Shown here in pieces: positions 27,688 through 41,479 of a stretch of 64,000 bases of DNA. Origin of the DNA: Octopus vulgaris (lineage: Eukaryota); NCBI GenBank assembly GCA_951406725.2, contig OX597829.1:32798001-32862000 (forward strand), in the 5' to 3' direction. Position numbers and translations under genes: made by a program. Each line of letters starts with the position of its first letter. Position 1 is the stretch's first letter. The notes beneath the pieces are model-generated. The model made no database searches. It was given only the letters and a program-made list of their open reading frames with translations, and was not told the origin of the DNA.

Positions 27688-28961
27688 TTGGGTCATTCCA
27701 TAAATAATGCGGTTTCTTCAATTGCACCGACTAAAAATCGAAGGGGGGTGGGATAAACTGCCTGCATCAATTTGCTATAAACGCAGGTAGTAATTTTACC
27801 TTGTACTTATTCTTAGTGCAAGTTTTGAAGAGTGCAGTTTCATTTTAACAGTTATTTTTTTAAAGCTATAATGGAAGTGACAAAGGAGCATATTCGGTAC
27901 ATTTTGCTTTAGGAGTTCAATAAAGGCAACAATGCAATGGAAAAGTGTGAGGAATATTAATGCAGTACATGGGGATTGGACAATAAGCATAAGCCAGTGT
28001 CAATGGTAGTTCCAGAAATTCCGAGCCTGAAACTACAGCCTAGAGGATGAGCTTCATCCTGGAAGATTTATAGAGTTCGACGAGGACGTCCTGCAAACAC
28101 TGGTGGAACAAATCCCATCATAACTATTAAGGAACTAGCAGAGAAGCTTGGATTTGGTCATTCAACCATTCATCGACACCTGCGTGCCATCGGAAAAGTC
28201 AGCAAATTGGGTCAATAGGTTCCTGACAAATTCTCCGTGTCTAATCGCACGCAGAGTGTGAATGTGTGCTCTTCTTTGCTGTCACATCTCACAAATGAAC
28301 CTTTCTTTTTTTTCACCATATAGTGACTGGTGACGAGAAATGGGTTCTCTATTAAAATGTCAAGCGCTGAAGACAGCGGGTAGAAAAAGGAGAAACACCG
28401 GCACTCCAGGCTAAAGAAGGTCTTCAACCACTTAAGGTGTTGTTATCAGTTTGGTGCGATATGAAAGGTTTGAACTTTTAAACCCAAACAAAACGATAAC
28501 AAAGGAGATTTACTGCGAGCTGCATGAGCGTCTTTAGTCAGCGCTAGAAGAAAAGCGACCATCTTCGCTTTTAAGACGAAAGGTGTTCTTCCATCAGGAT
28601 AATGCTCGGCCACGTACAGCGAGGATGACATTCCAAAGGCTGGAGCTGTTTGAATGGAAAACGATGGCCCGCCCATCATATTCTCCGGACATTGCTCCCA
28701 TCTGATTATCATTCCGCAACGCTTCAAAATCATTTGGACGGGAAAATGGGAATTCTTTAGAGGAGGTTATAACAGTGCTGAAGAAGTATTTTGCTTCACA
28801 AACAAGTGTATTTTGGAAGAGGGGCCTTGCAAGTCTACCAGATAGATGGAATAGCATTGTAGAAAATGAAGGGGAGTATATTTTAGATTAAGAAAGAACT
28901 TTGATTATCTTAATTCTGACAAATAAGTATAAAAAAACGCTTTATTTATTAGATGGCTCAA
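27688..28961 (+). mobile_element. Full-length decayed mariner element (~1.27 kb)
   Basis: Imperfect TIRs TTGGGTCATTCCATAAATAATGCG / CGCTTTATTTATTAGATGGCTCAA, TA flanks; MEVTKEHIR.., VTGDEKWVLY, HQDNARP, YSPDIAPSDY motifs with stops. Confidence 0.92.
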
Positions 28962-29277
28962 TATTTTCTGGCATAAAAGGCGCACATTTTTACCCAAAAA
29001 TTTCCCCATCTTACCCTCAAAACTCCCCTGTACTTTATATGCTGAAGGTCAGGCTTTAAATAGACTTGGTTAGTGTTATTAACGATGGACAATACAGGTG
29101 ACGGTGGAAGTCAGTGGGGATATTTGGTAGCGTTAAGGGAAGTATTGTAACAACCTATCACAACAGCTTACAAAAGGGCGTAAGTCTAAAGTTTCCTCTA
29201 CATGAAAACGTGTAAGATATTCAGCTTGGAAATAATTACTCAACAAGGAGGATCTTAGCCTATATATACATATACAC

Positions 29278-29460
29278 ACACCGGAGTTAGCACAAAATGT
29301 GAAACAAGATGGGGAAAAAAGAGTACTCGAATACCGGAGGTAGAATAATATGTTTTATTATTAAAGCTTCTAAAACATCACAAAAATATCACAAAATACC
29401 ACTTCTCAGAGTTTCACGTTCCCGTTCGTCGGACAGTTGTGGTTAAGAATGGAAAGTAAG
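29278..29460 (-). mobile_element. Short PLE-like terminal stub with degenerate hammerhead motif
   Basis: Minus 29436-29401 CTGT-CCGACGA-ACG-GGAA-CGT-GAA-ACTCTGAG; homologous to 52661-52776; TA-flanked. Confidence 0.55.
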
Positions 29461-29461
29461 G

Positions 29462-29509
<48 letters not shown>

Positions 29510-29526
29510 GTATATGTATATGTATA

Positions 29527-29600
29527 TTCTTTTATTTGTTTCAGTCATTTTACTGCGGACATTCTGGAGCACCGCCTTTAGTCAAATATATATATATATG

Positions 29601-29640
<40 letters not shown>

Positions 29641-29896
29641 ATATTCTTTTATTCTTCATTCTTTTATTTGTTTCAGTCATTTTACTGCGGCCATGCCGAA
29701 GCACCGCCTTTAGTCGAATATATATATATATATATACAATAGGCTTCTTTCAGTTTCCGTTGATCAAATCCACTCACAAGGATTTCATCGGCCCGAGGTT
29801 ATAGTTGAAGACACATGCCCAAGGTGCCACGCAGTGGGACTTAACCCGGAACCATATGGTTGAGAAACAAGCTTCTTACCACATAGTCACTCCTGC

Positions 29897-29899
<3 letters not shown>
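29527..29899 (-). mobile_element. SINE family A with duplicated 3' tail
   Basis: Tail TTCTTTTATTTGTTTCAGTCATTTTACTGCGG..AGCACCGCCTTTAGTC at both 29527 and 29658. Confidence 0.8.
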
Positions 29900-29962
<63 letters not shown>

Positions 29963-30069
29963 CATTGTCCGTATATTTGTGTCCACTGTATTATGCATGT
30001 CTTCTAGTTCATGATATAGCCCTCTCTTTTTCTCTTTTACTTTTTTTCGCAGATATTTAAATAAATTAC

Positions 30070-30860
30070 AATGCATGACTTACCTGATGTCCAAAGGAAA
30101 AGAGTCGTTGAAGCACTGATGGCTTGAACTTGATGAATGTTTAATATTTCGAAAAGTATAGTCTCTAAAAATCGTGTTAGTTTTCAAGAACCAAGTTGAA
30201 ACTATCTCTGGCAAGTATAATTCAGGGCGGAAGTCAAAACTCAAAGGGTGGGATCGCAGAATAGTAAAACATATATCATGAAACTACGGCTGCAAAACTG
30301 ATAGCAGAGCTAAAATACCACCTGTCAAACCCCATATAACCAAAACTATTCGTCTTGAGCTTCATAAAGCAGGATAGTATGGGAGATTGCACTTGCTAAA
30401 CGTTTTCTGTCCGCTATAAATATTGATAAACGGTGGTCTCTGCCTCAGTAGAATAATGTCGTCTCTGATGAATCCTCATTCACCCATTTTTGTATCTGGA
30501 GTCAGCCTAAAGAAACCTTCAACCCTGACCTTTTAGTTGTTCAACGTAGTAGTTTTAATAATAAAGTTTATCTCAGTATTTTGATTGACCGTGTTCACCT
30601 TGTGGTACATTGTTCTCCGGTGGCAACAGAATCCTGCCGGAATATAATGCATCGATTTACTTGACTAATGTTTTTTTTTTTTATTTAAAAATTGGTGAAG
30701 ACAGCAGATAAGTAAAATGAGGAACCACTTCCCTTTGCCATCGTCACTGAAAGTGTTAAAGCAAAGATTTACTAACTACTGTTCAGAATCTGTACAAGTA
30801 AATTCGTCAAAGTACTACAGCTGTCATTGATCCCGAAGGAGGACCAACTCCGTATTAGAT
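30070..30860 (+). pseudogene. Decayed Tc1-like transposase
   Basis: NSGRKSKL, TTAAKLIAEL, KTIRLELHKAG, SDESSFT and terminal EGGPTPY* motifs. Confidence 0.75.
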
Positions 30861-31037
30861 AATATAACTTCCACTTCATAAAATGTTTACATTATTTAAT
30901 TCAACTCTTTTATAAATAATTTGCTTTGAGGTTCCCGTTTCATGTCCCTGAAGGTAAATCTCGAAGTGATTAAAGCTTTATAGCTTTAATAGTATTTAAA
31001 CATTAGGTTCAAAAACATTTGGTTAAGATAAGGCGAA

Positions 31038-31110
31038 GGCTACCAATGGGACTCGATCCCACATTTCCTGTGAAGATGACAGGCGTTCTACCTTTGAACC
31101 AAAGAAATCC
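31038..31110 (-). pseudogene. tRNA-like cloverleaf inside a repeat
   Basis: D-arm GTTC-AAAGGTA-GAAC, anticodon arm CCTGT-CATCTTC-ACAGG, T-arm GTGGG-ATCGAGT-CCCAT; acceptor stem broken. Confidence 0.45.
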
Positions 31111-31343
31111 TTCGAATTTCTTTATTATTTTAGAAACTTCATTCTTACCAGCAAATGGTAAGTATACTCTGTTGATGTCATAAAATTTCGAAACTTCGAG
31201 AGAATGGGAAATAGTTATTTTTAGGAACAGTGAATCTTGAAGTAAATAATTGTTATTTGCTTCGAGATTCATCGTTCCTAAAAAGAATTATTTCATATTC
31301 ATGAAGTTTCTAAATTACTATATATATACATATATATATATGT

Positions 31344-31407
<64 letters not shown>

Positions 31408-31440
31408 ACGTATTATGTATGTGTATATACATATATATAA

Positions 31441-31515
<75 letters not shown>

Positions 31516-31518
<3 letters not shown>

Positions 31519-32389
31519 ACAAATTAATAAATAAAACATATGCACATATACATATATGTACGTACGTACATCTACATGTATATATACATGCATATATGGA
31601 TGCAGGACATTAAAAAAACGTCGAACACAATGAGAAACGAAAATATAAACACAAAACCAAGGAAATGGACATTTTTCTTAAACAACGAAAAAATAGAGTA
31701 CAGGACATACAACACAAGGAAAATTCCCCTTCTTCAGTCGCCTCTGTTTCATCTACTCCGCGTTACGAAGGTCAAGTTGAGACATGCCTTCATTGAAACA
31801 TTCCTTCCCGCAAAAAGCAAATTAAATAAAATTTAAGATTTTTTTGCGGAGGGGTAAAAAATGGTAAGAAAAACAGGACAGTAACGACAGTACAAATTAT
31901 AAACAGTAAAAGACAGGACACGGAGAATAACAGTAACACAGACATTGAGGGCTGTTAAGCCAAACGAAAGAAAATATTACAAACACTTGTTGAGAATGGC
32001 AGAGAGACACAAGAAAGCCGTCTACACTCGAGGGAAGCGAGGTCAGAAAGACAGTAGTTTTCTCGTTGCTGGTCAACGACGGGACAGAGGAGGAGTAAGA
32101 GAGGGGGGGAATGGTTGTAGAGAAAACCAGAAAGAATGAAGAATGAGAGAGAGAGGGAGAGACAGTAAGGTAGAAGAAAAGGAAACCAGAAAGAATGAAG
32201 GCTGAGAAAGGGAGGGGGACAGAAAGGTTAAGAGTGCGCATCATTATTAATATTAAGAACAAACCTACTTAGAAATAGATGCGTGCGTTCCGTCATATAA
32301 CAAATTAATAAATAAAACATATGCATATACACATACATATATGTACGTACGTACATCTACATGTATATATACATGCATATATGGGTACA

Positions 32390-32390
<1 letters not shown>
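31516..32390. mobile_element. Non-coding element bounded by ~90-bp direct repeats (pseudo-LTR-like)
   Basis: ATAACAAATTAATAAATAAAACATATGCA..GTACGTACGTACATCTACATGTATATATACATGCATATATGG at 31516 and 32297; (TA)n flanks. Confidence 0.6.
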
Positions 32391-32426
<36 letters not shown>

Positions 32427-33512
32427 AAGTAGATAAATGAATTATCTTATTACGGATAATTCAAATGATAACCGATACCTGGGTAGCAAAAATCACAACA
32501 GAAAAAGCACGGTTGAAGTTACGACCATGGGGCATAAAAACCGTATGTATGTATGTATATATATATATACATATATATATATATTTTATAACTTGGTTTA
32601 AGAAGAGACCAAAATTTAGAGAAATTCTATAGTTATGATTTACATCAACATAATACATATAACACAATAGATAACCAAGACAAGGAGCATATCAATATAT
32701 TATTTAGAATAGAAATAAGAATTATATGAGGTAAAAATATACGTAAAAAGGATAAATAAAGAGTGATACATCGATTAAAAATAATGTTACATTTAAGATT
32801 TAAAATGTTGAATTAAGAATTAAGAGTTTTAAGATAAATCGCCGGCAGTGAGAGATCTTAACGATGGATTTGAAAGTCAGAGAAATAATGAGAACAAACT
32901 TGCTTTAAGAGTTCTAAAGAAATGTTTATAGAGTGTTATAGCACCATATAGGGTGTATTTCGACGGCCGTTTCTGGAGTTCATTTGTCTACAAGGGCTGA
33001 ATCCTTTAATTTCACACTGACAATGTCCCCTTCATCAGGAAATAAGGAAATAGCAGGGTCTGAAGAAATATAAGAGGAAGGAAAATTTAAGGTTGCATTA
33101 TGTTGGTCGTCGAGTGCTATGTCAGATACCGATCACTTTTACAATGATTCATGCTTATATATGTAAAGAAGTTTTTAGCGTAGGATGATGGGAGTCCAAA
33201 AAGTTTTTGGGTTAGGCATGATGGGGAAAAAAGATTTTTTTTAATTCTGGGTAATAATTAATTACTAATGGAGGAAGAAACAGGGCTGCTAAATACTTCG
33301 TACCCTATTATCACGTCTTATGGAGCTTTTTAATTTCACTCATCCTTCATAAAGCTCCAAAATTTTATTAATTTAAGTTTTCTACATCATATTCATCTGA
33401 CCTACATGCGTTTCGACTGCAGCAACTGCACGTTGCTCTGTCTGCTAATACTTTGCATGTACCACGTCCTTACGTTGTTGTTTTTTTCTTGTATTCGTTT
33501 TTTGGGAATTTG

Positions 33513-33578
<66 letters not shown>

Positions 33579-33725
33579 ATGTATGTAAGTATGTATGTAT
33601 GTATGTATGTAGGTAGGTAGGTCGGTATGTATGTATGTATGTAGGTAGGTAGGTAGGTAGGTAGGTAGGTAGGTAGGTAGGTAGGTAGGTAGGTAGGTAG
33701 GTAGGTAGGTAGGTAGGTATGTATG
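33513..33725. repeat. Compound (TG)n/(TATG)n/(TAGG)n microsatellite
   Basis: Direct reading. Confidence 0.95.
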
Positions 33726-33884
33726 TGTATATACATATATACATACACATGAGAGGTATTGGTATTCAGAAGACCCAAGCTGGCGGGTAAAGCTATGTAA
33801 GTGCTACGGGAGGACCGTTGTTAGACTCTCGGTTTGATAATAACACGATTGGGGAGTTTAATGAAGGTCTTGTATGAACATGTA

Positions 33885-34860
33885 TATGTTAAATAAAATG
33901 AAACAACAAAAGCAATGCTGTGTGGAATATTGCAGGACATTTATAAAGAGAAAGGTAGTCTTACAACTGTTTCTGGGATATTAGGGATATCTCTTTATCA
34001 GAGACGCAATGAGAGAGTTAACTAGAGGGAAATAGTAGAATTCAATATAAGGAGATATTTTGGAAAAAGATGGATATAGGAAGTATAAAGGGAAATAATA
34101 GGATAAAAATAAAAGTACAAATATATGTAGGATGTTACGGTTGCAGTTCCATTATCCAAGGAAAGTGGTGCTTCATGTCCATGGTATATAGATTCCAATA
34201 GGAATTCATATTTTGTTATTACGAGAGGAGAGTTTGGAGACATAAATTCCATGTGCTGTTCATTCAAATTAATCTATACTTTATAACTTTATAACTTGTG
34301 GTGTAAATGAAATTTTGAGAATGTACTGGTAGAGGTAAGTAGATAGAGAGAAGAGAATACATATGTATGTTAGGAGAAGAATGGTATTAGCCAAGCGAAT
34401 AAGGGGGGAAAAGAAAGAAAGAAAAAATGAAAAAAGGAGTGCTAGATGGTGGTCAAGATATTGTGAGGAAGGTTGGAGAGGAGAGCCATCAAGATAGAAG
34501 GAATAGGGGGGATAGAAGGAAGAGATATGAATGTAAAGAAGGAATATGTGTGAGAAATTGGAGGTAGGTGATATGTCTGAAAGGCACTAAAGTGGGGAGG
34601 TAGGTAAAGAACTAGTACGGGGGTTGTACTAAAGTGCGTAGTTAACAACAAAAAGGAAGGGAAGAATAATAAAATATAATGATCAAGTTTTTAAAAATAG
34701 ACGTACATATTTATTGTACTAGCTAAAGTGATAGTGAAGGCTGATGAATCAGGGAGAGAAAGAAAGATACGTATATAGATATACACAGGCGCGCACACAT
34801 ATATATAAATGTGTATATGCAATATTATATAGGCCCGCATACTTATGTACGCATATCTGC

Positions 34861-34898
<38 letters not shown>

Positions 34899-36320
34899 GC
34901 ATACGCACATATATATACGTGTATACACACACAAACACATACGTATATAGACATACATACATGTTGAAATATGTGTTATTAAACAATTAAAAAAACTAGA
35001 ATTAAAAATTGGAAAAATTAAAGAAATAAAACAAAGTCAAATAAGGTTGTTGGATATTACCTAAGGAGGGGTGTTCGGTATATGTACTGTGTGGTGATTA
35101 TGATTAAGATTGGTACTGTGTGGTGATTTGTGGTAAAATTTGAAGATATTAAAAAAGCGATGTTTGCATGTACCCAGGGCCTCATTATACATATTTAGTA
35201 GTATTGAAGAGTTGTGTTTTAATACGTGGAATGCCTCTTTTAGGCATAACTTACAGGCTGAGCGTTGACCCAGGTATGGAAGCCCTGAATCTATTATGAA
35301 CCATGATATTTTTGAGATGATGTATGTGACTGGCGAGGGTTGTGGATTTACTGTGTTTCTCATATAAAAAAAGAATTGAGATGCGCAGCGTATCGCTGTT
35401 TAAAATTTATAATTGATCCTATATATATGGTTGTAGAATTGTGTAACATGTTGAAGACGGTGCATTTGTAAATTACATTAGACCTTCTGCAACGGGTTTG
35501 TAGAGGGCAAATGGTCACAGGGCGGCAGTTACATGGTATTGTATTGAGGAGATTATTTTCAGGAATGGAGGAAGTAATATTTCTAAGGAGAGGTTAGAGA
35601 TGGGGGTAGATTGGTCTATGTTATTACTATTATTATTTCTAATATCATTATTATTTCTAGCGTTGTTATTATTTATTCTATCTGTAATCGTGGTGGAAGT
35701 TGGAGTATTAGTATTCTGGTTAGGGTTAGTTGGATTGGTAAGGTTTTTTTATGGTCTAAAGTATAGAGTTGGAGATTGGAGCTATGTATATGTTAAGTGC
35801 TCATGTTTTCAGAGTTGTTACTGTTCATATTTTGATAATAGAGAGAAAGCTTTCGTCTATTATAGGCTGTTATGATAGACTCAAAGTTTGGCGGGGCGAA
35901 GTAGGATAGTTTTAGAGTAGATCTATTAAAGCTAGAGTAATATTTATGTTGACGAGGGAAGTTGGAGTCTAGTATTTTAAAAATGGATTTGGCTAAGTGA
36001 GAAGGGAGGTGTATACAATAGAATAGAGCGTCCACCGCTGTTTTTTGTTTTGTTTTTTTTCGTAATAACAAGATATGAGCTCCTACATATATTTCTATTC
36101 TCTTATTTCCCTTTATACTGCCTATATCCATCCTTTCCCAAAATAACTCTTTATATTGAACTCTACTATTTCCCTCTAGTTAACTCTCTCATACCATCTC
36201 TGATGAAGGGATATCCCTAATATCCCAGAAACAGTTGTAAGACTACCTTTCTCTTTATAAATGTCCTACAATATTCCACACAGCGTTGCTTTTGTTGTCT
36301 CATTTTACTTAACATTTACA
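33885..36320 (-). mobile_element. Penelope-like element copy 2 (same family as 15095-18952), 5'-truncated with inverted pseudo-LTR
   Basis: 35460-36000 homologous to 16900-17440; GIY-YIG NVIYKCTV..IYIGS and CKLCLKEAFHVLK..LLN..E..CKH; 33885-34075 is inverted vs 36135-36320. Confidence 0.88.
36196..36243 (+). ncRNA. Minimal type I hammerhead ribozyme in inverted pseudo-LTR
   Basis: ATCT-CTGATGA-A-GGGATAT-CCCTA-ATATCCC-A-GAA-ACAGTTGT-A-AGAC. Confidence 0.72.
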
Positions 36321-36365
36321 TATACATACATATATATATATATATATATACACATATATATATAT

Positions 36366-36401
<36 letters not shown>

Positions 36402-37399
36402 TGTGTGAAACTATGACTGTCATGTGCAATTGAGAATGTCTTGCATTGCATATGCCTGCTTTCTTTTAGAAGGTCGCGTAGCCGCGAATAGATAACTATA
36501 CCCTCACGGCCCTCCAATTCTTGATTGTGTTTAAACATCCAGGATGTAACAGAGGAGGAGCTAGACAATATAGCAGCACTGGGCCGATGCTTTGTTTAAG
36601 CACTTCAAAGGGATCAAAGGTAAAGTTAACCATAACAGAATTTTAACTTGGAGCACAGAGAGCTGGAGTAAAACAGTGCAATGCATGCGATGCGCCGTGT
36701 CTGTCTGTTGGTCTTTGTGTATGTGTGTGCCTGTGTGTTTATGTGCATGTGCCCTTATACTGAAAGTGCATGTGCACAGACATATAACCAATGAAGGAGA
36801 ACTCCATATATTCCACTACATTCCCAAAAGAGACGTCTTCAATGAAAATTTGTTACTACATGGATAATCAAATATCACGAGTGTATCGAATGCAATGATT
36901 ATAGAACATGGATAAATAGAACATGACAAAATAATAAATTGTGAAATGATTTGATTATAGCACTTTTACGCGTGTCTGTAGCTATTACATAATAATTACG
37001 TAAACTCACTTTATGTAATCATTATGAGGGCGTCACTTCATTAGAAGTTTCATAAAATTGCTTATGTTTTTGATAGAAGAATGAAAGGCAAAACTGAAAG
37101 AAGAATGAAAGGCGTCGATGAGCTTGTGTTTTGAACTTAGAATGTAAAGGGTTCCGGTAATAATCCTGCCGAATCGCCGCCCTTATTTCTTACATAGACA
37201 CATGGCATAACATTTTAGGGAAAGTAGCATTATAATCGATCACATCGATCACAGTACATGATTGCTAATTTATTTGATTGGAAGAGAATGAGAAATAAAG
37301 CTGGAAATTTGAACTCAAAATTATACCTGATCCTTTGGGATCGTTAATGGAGCCATTTCTGTTGCAAGGATTCGAGTCTGGTATCCAGTCTAAAGATAA

Positions 37400-37608
37400 T
37401 TTCCTTCCTTCCGTTCTTCTTCCCTTCCTTCCTTCCTTCCTTCCTTCCTTCCTTCATTCCTTCATTCATTCATTCATTTATTCCTTCCTTCCTTCCTTCC
37501 TTCCTTCCTTCCTTCCTTCCTTCCTTCCTTCCTTCCTTCCTCACTTCCTTCCTTCTTCTCTCTCTCCATTCCTTCCTCATTTCCTTCCTCCTGTTCTTTC
37601 TTTCTTCC
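37400..37608. repeat. (TTCC)n microsatellite
   Basis: Direct reading. Confidence 0.9.
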
Positions 37609-37913
37609 GAAAGACACTGAAGAAGGTCACAGAGGATGTTCTTCTCATGACTGAGTCATTAAAATAAAATAGAAAGAAAAGGAAACTGAAGATTTTTGGC
37701 TGTTATTGTTATTGTTAAAATTTGAAGACGAAATTTCTGGCTACGTATGTATGTTTACCTATATAAATAAATGCATATATACATACAAATATACATACAT
37801 ACATACACACACACACATACACAGACACATACATACATACATACATACATACATACATACATACATACATACATACATACATACATACATACATACATAC
37901 ATACATACATACA

Positions 37914-37944
<31 letters not shown>

Positions 37945-37998
37945 GTATACATATACATATACAGATGTATAGAGGTGCATATATAAGGATATATATAC

Positions 37999-38031
<33 letters not shown>

Positions 38032-40559
38032 CGTGTGTGTGTTGTATATATATATATGTATGTATGTATATACATGTATATACACACATATATACACACA
38101 CACACATACACACACATACATATATATGTATGTATGTATGCTACGTCTAGAAGTACATCTATCTCCGGTATTCTGGAAATGTAGAAATCATCATTACATT
38201 TCACTACTTTTGTTTCTACAAATCCGCTGCCAAATTGCCTTTTTCCGTTTGCCAGCTTTGGAATTCCTTGTATTTAAGCTATCAATCCTCACACCCTACA
38301 CCCGGCTCAGTAAATCTTTCTCCGGCATCAATCATAATTCTGCACAGGCATCACTCATGGCACATTAATTTCACCACGTACCGCCTAAATCTCAATAGGT
38401 TCTCCCCTCATGTAATATTCTGCTGTTTAACGCATCATTTAAAAACACTTTTGATGTCAGGATCTTCATTCTCTTTAATCTAGACAACTTCTGTCTTTCA
38501 ATCTCTCTCTCCTTCTTTCTTTTTTCTTTTCTCTCGTTCCTTCTTCTTTCTTCATTCCTTCCTTTTTCCTTTCTTTCTCTTTCTTTCCTTCGTTCTTTTT
38601 CAATTTTTCCCGTTCTTTTTCCCGTTCTTTCATTCTGTGTCTCTTTCTTTCCTGCCTCTTTTTCTTTTTCTTTCTGTTTATTGTCTCATCTATACTACCT
38701 TCTGTTCCTTTTATTTTATTACTTTCTTCTTTCCTTTCCCCTTCTCCCAGTCATTCCTTCAATTTTTTCTTTCTCGTGAATGTATTTTAAAAAATTATTT
38801 ACTATTCATCTATGTATCTAGATATTCTTCTATCAACTTATCTTTTTTTCATTTTTCTTTTCTCTTCCTTTTTTCTTACTACCTATTCTGTTGAAGATAT
38901 CGTGAGTATATTGAGCCCTTTGTAAACTGAGTCGTAGGGGTGATGGTAAGTGTTGGACACAATTCAGAATTTTTTTGTGGGAAGATGTTTCGAGAAACGT
39001 CAGTCCTACCCACCCCACCACCCAAAAGATGTAATTTTTCCCGAAAAAAATATTTACACTAACTCATATGTTGTTAAATTTCGAGTTGATTCAACGATAT
39101 TTTAAATTTCAAATTCAAAATAAGCGGTGGCTTGATAGAAGTGTTACAGGGAGAGGAAAACTGCTTGCAGTAGTAAATTACGGTCATTTGTCTTTTAATT
39201 TCAAGTCATGCTGGGGTCAACTTTACCTTTCTTCCCTTTCGAGGTCAATAGAGGAATGTGTCATTTGAGTGCTGGGATCGATTTGGTATAGTTAGTAAAG
39301 TCATTGAAACCACAAACAGTGGCGAACAACGTTTGAGTCAGCAGAGCAGATCTAGAGATAATGAAATTCTTTGAAGCAGGAAAGTAAGCAGCAATATGTT
39401 GTATAAGGTGTCAATATATGTAGACAGTTCTCATTATCATAATTTGGTAATCCCAGTCATGACAGATACCATAATTAACAAAGTTCACGATCTTCTATTA
39501 CCATACCAAAATCTCGCAGTTCATATCCCGAGTTCTCTGGCAATGACATCCGGATAAAAAATCTTGCGACTTTTTCCCACCAAAGGACCAAGATCAGCAA
39601 CAGACGAATGACGATACTAGCTAATCTTTTATTCTATAGCAGTGTCAAGCAAACTGTACACACTGTTTATGACATGAGCTGTACCATAAATTTGTTTTAG
39701 TGTCTGACACTAACGATTTTGTTGTCGTTTGTTGGCTTGACTTGGGTACGAAAGATATTTATTTTAAGAGATCGGCTTAAGGTGAAGCACGAAAGAGATT
39801 GAAGAACAAAGTGAAGCTATGAATTAAAACCTTAAATGATAGGATTCTAAGTAGATTGGATAATTTATAGATCTAGGTTTATATGTGATTGATTCAGAAA
39901 AAGGATTTTCTCACCAAGAAGGCTATAGCATGGCCAGCTCCTAAATGAAGATCTATGAGCATGCATGATGTGTTATAAAAAGTGGTTTATGTTCTATATG
40001 GCAGTTTGTTACCGGAAGAAAACTGGAAAAATACGAGAATCTTTTTTTTTTTTAATCAAAACATGGAAATGTGAAATTTGTTGTCACAAAGGTAAGTTTG
40101 AACGGGGGAAAATATTGTACTTGGAAAGAAATTGTAAAAGAAAGGGAATATTTATTTGTCATTAATTAGTAAGGAAAAAGTAATAAGACTAAAACATGGA
40201 AAGGATTAAAGGTCATTAATCATTAAACTTTTTCCGTGCTTACGCTATTGACCAATGATGAATAAAGCTGTTTTCCAATACCTATGTGATTTGTTGATCC
40301 AACTGCTTTATCGTTCCTTTTAAAACTACTTAACTCTTCGTTTTGTATGGTTTTTTTGCTATATTCTCATCAGAGTGAGATAAATTAAGCGAAAGGTATT
40401 TAAAATCAAATCATCCGTACAGTTTAGAGTATGTAGCTTCCAACTTTGTCGCTATTTGGCAAAGACTGTAAATAAAGTAATTAATTATACTACTTCATAA
40501 AGACAAAAACAACTACAGCAATCGCGTTAGCAATGATTTGGTGAAAACAGTAAAGAATA

Positions 40560-41005
40560 AAATCTGTCATCGGTTGAAAAGTTCAGGTCTCAAAGCAGAG
40601 ACTGGAGGGGATTTTAATTGCGGCACAAGACCAAAGCTTCTCGCACCAGAAACCAACAAAAATACGTGAAGAAAAATACAATAAGTAATTGCAGAATATG
40701 TGGTGATGGGGAAGAAGCAATACATTATGGTGTCTCTGGCCGCCCATTCCTGGTTAAGAAGAAATATATCGACAGATATGGCAGAGTTGGGACTTATATC
40801 AATTGAAAGCTATGCCAGCATTATGGAATAACAACAGGAAAAAGATGGTATAGGCTTATCTCAGAAAATAACAAAACAACCATAGCTTGGGATATGCCAC
40901 TGCACACTGAACAATATCCAGATACTGTTGCCAGGAACCACCAAGAAAGAAAATACCTTCTAATCGACATTTCAAGAAGAAAAAGGGTAACTTTCAAAGT
41001 ACAAA
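40560..41005 (+). mobile_element. Dong/R4-like fragment (Zn knuckle to RLE)
   Basis: LKSSGLKAETGG, CRICGDGEEAIHYGVSGRPFLVKKKYIDRYGRVGTYI, AWDMPLHT. Confidence 0.8.
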
Positions 41006-41479
41006 CTGTCTAATTTACTTAATGCTAACAGTGTGACAATAGACGTTGTAAAATGGTGTCGGAGATATCACTGCTAACAAACAACATCAACAACAGTGTA
41101 TTACATGGACGAAGAAGAGCAATTGAGAATCTGTGTTGTTCATGTTGGAATGAAGTCGTCAAAAACCTATCGTTTAACATCGAACAATATGATAACTGGC
41201 AACGCTCAGACAGAAGATGAAAACGACGAAGGCAACAGCTGCAGACAACATCACTATTTGTTGTAAGAAAGATTCTTTCGAAAAGAGAAAAAAGAAAATG
41301 TTAAGTCTTTAAGGTTCTCTCTCCCTCTCCCTCCATCTCTTTCTCTCTCCCGAAAGTACGAATTGGTGATAAACTTTGGTTTTACAATTTGCAATTACCC
41401 GGATTTAACAACTTATACGGATTACTAGTGCATCTTGTTAGCCGGGTTTGGTGTACAGGGAATGTCTACAGAGGTATTG

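Noticed and set aside
33400-33425. GAAACGCATGTA hammerhead 3' half on the minus strand
   Set aside because: No matching CUGANGA half found upstream
39300-39700. Coding-like segment (exon or retroelement relic)
   Set aside because: No recognisable motif, frames are short, and there is no convincing splice pair
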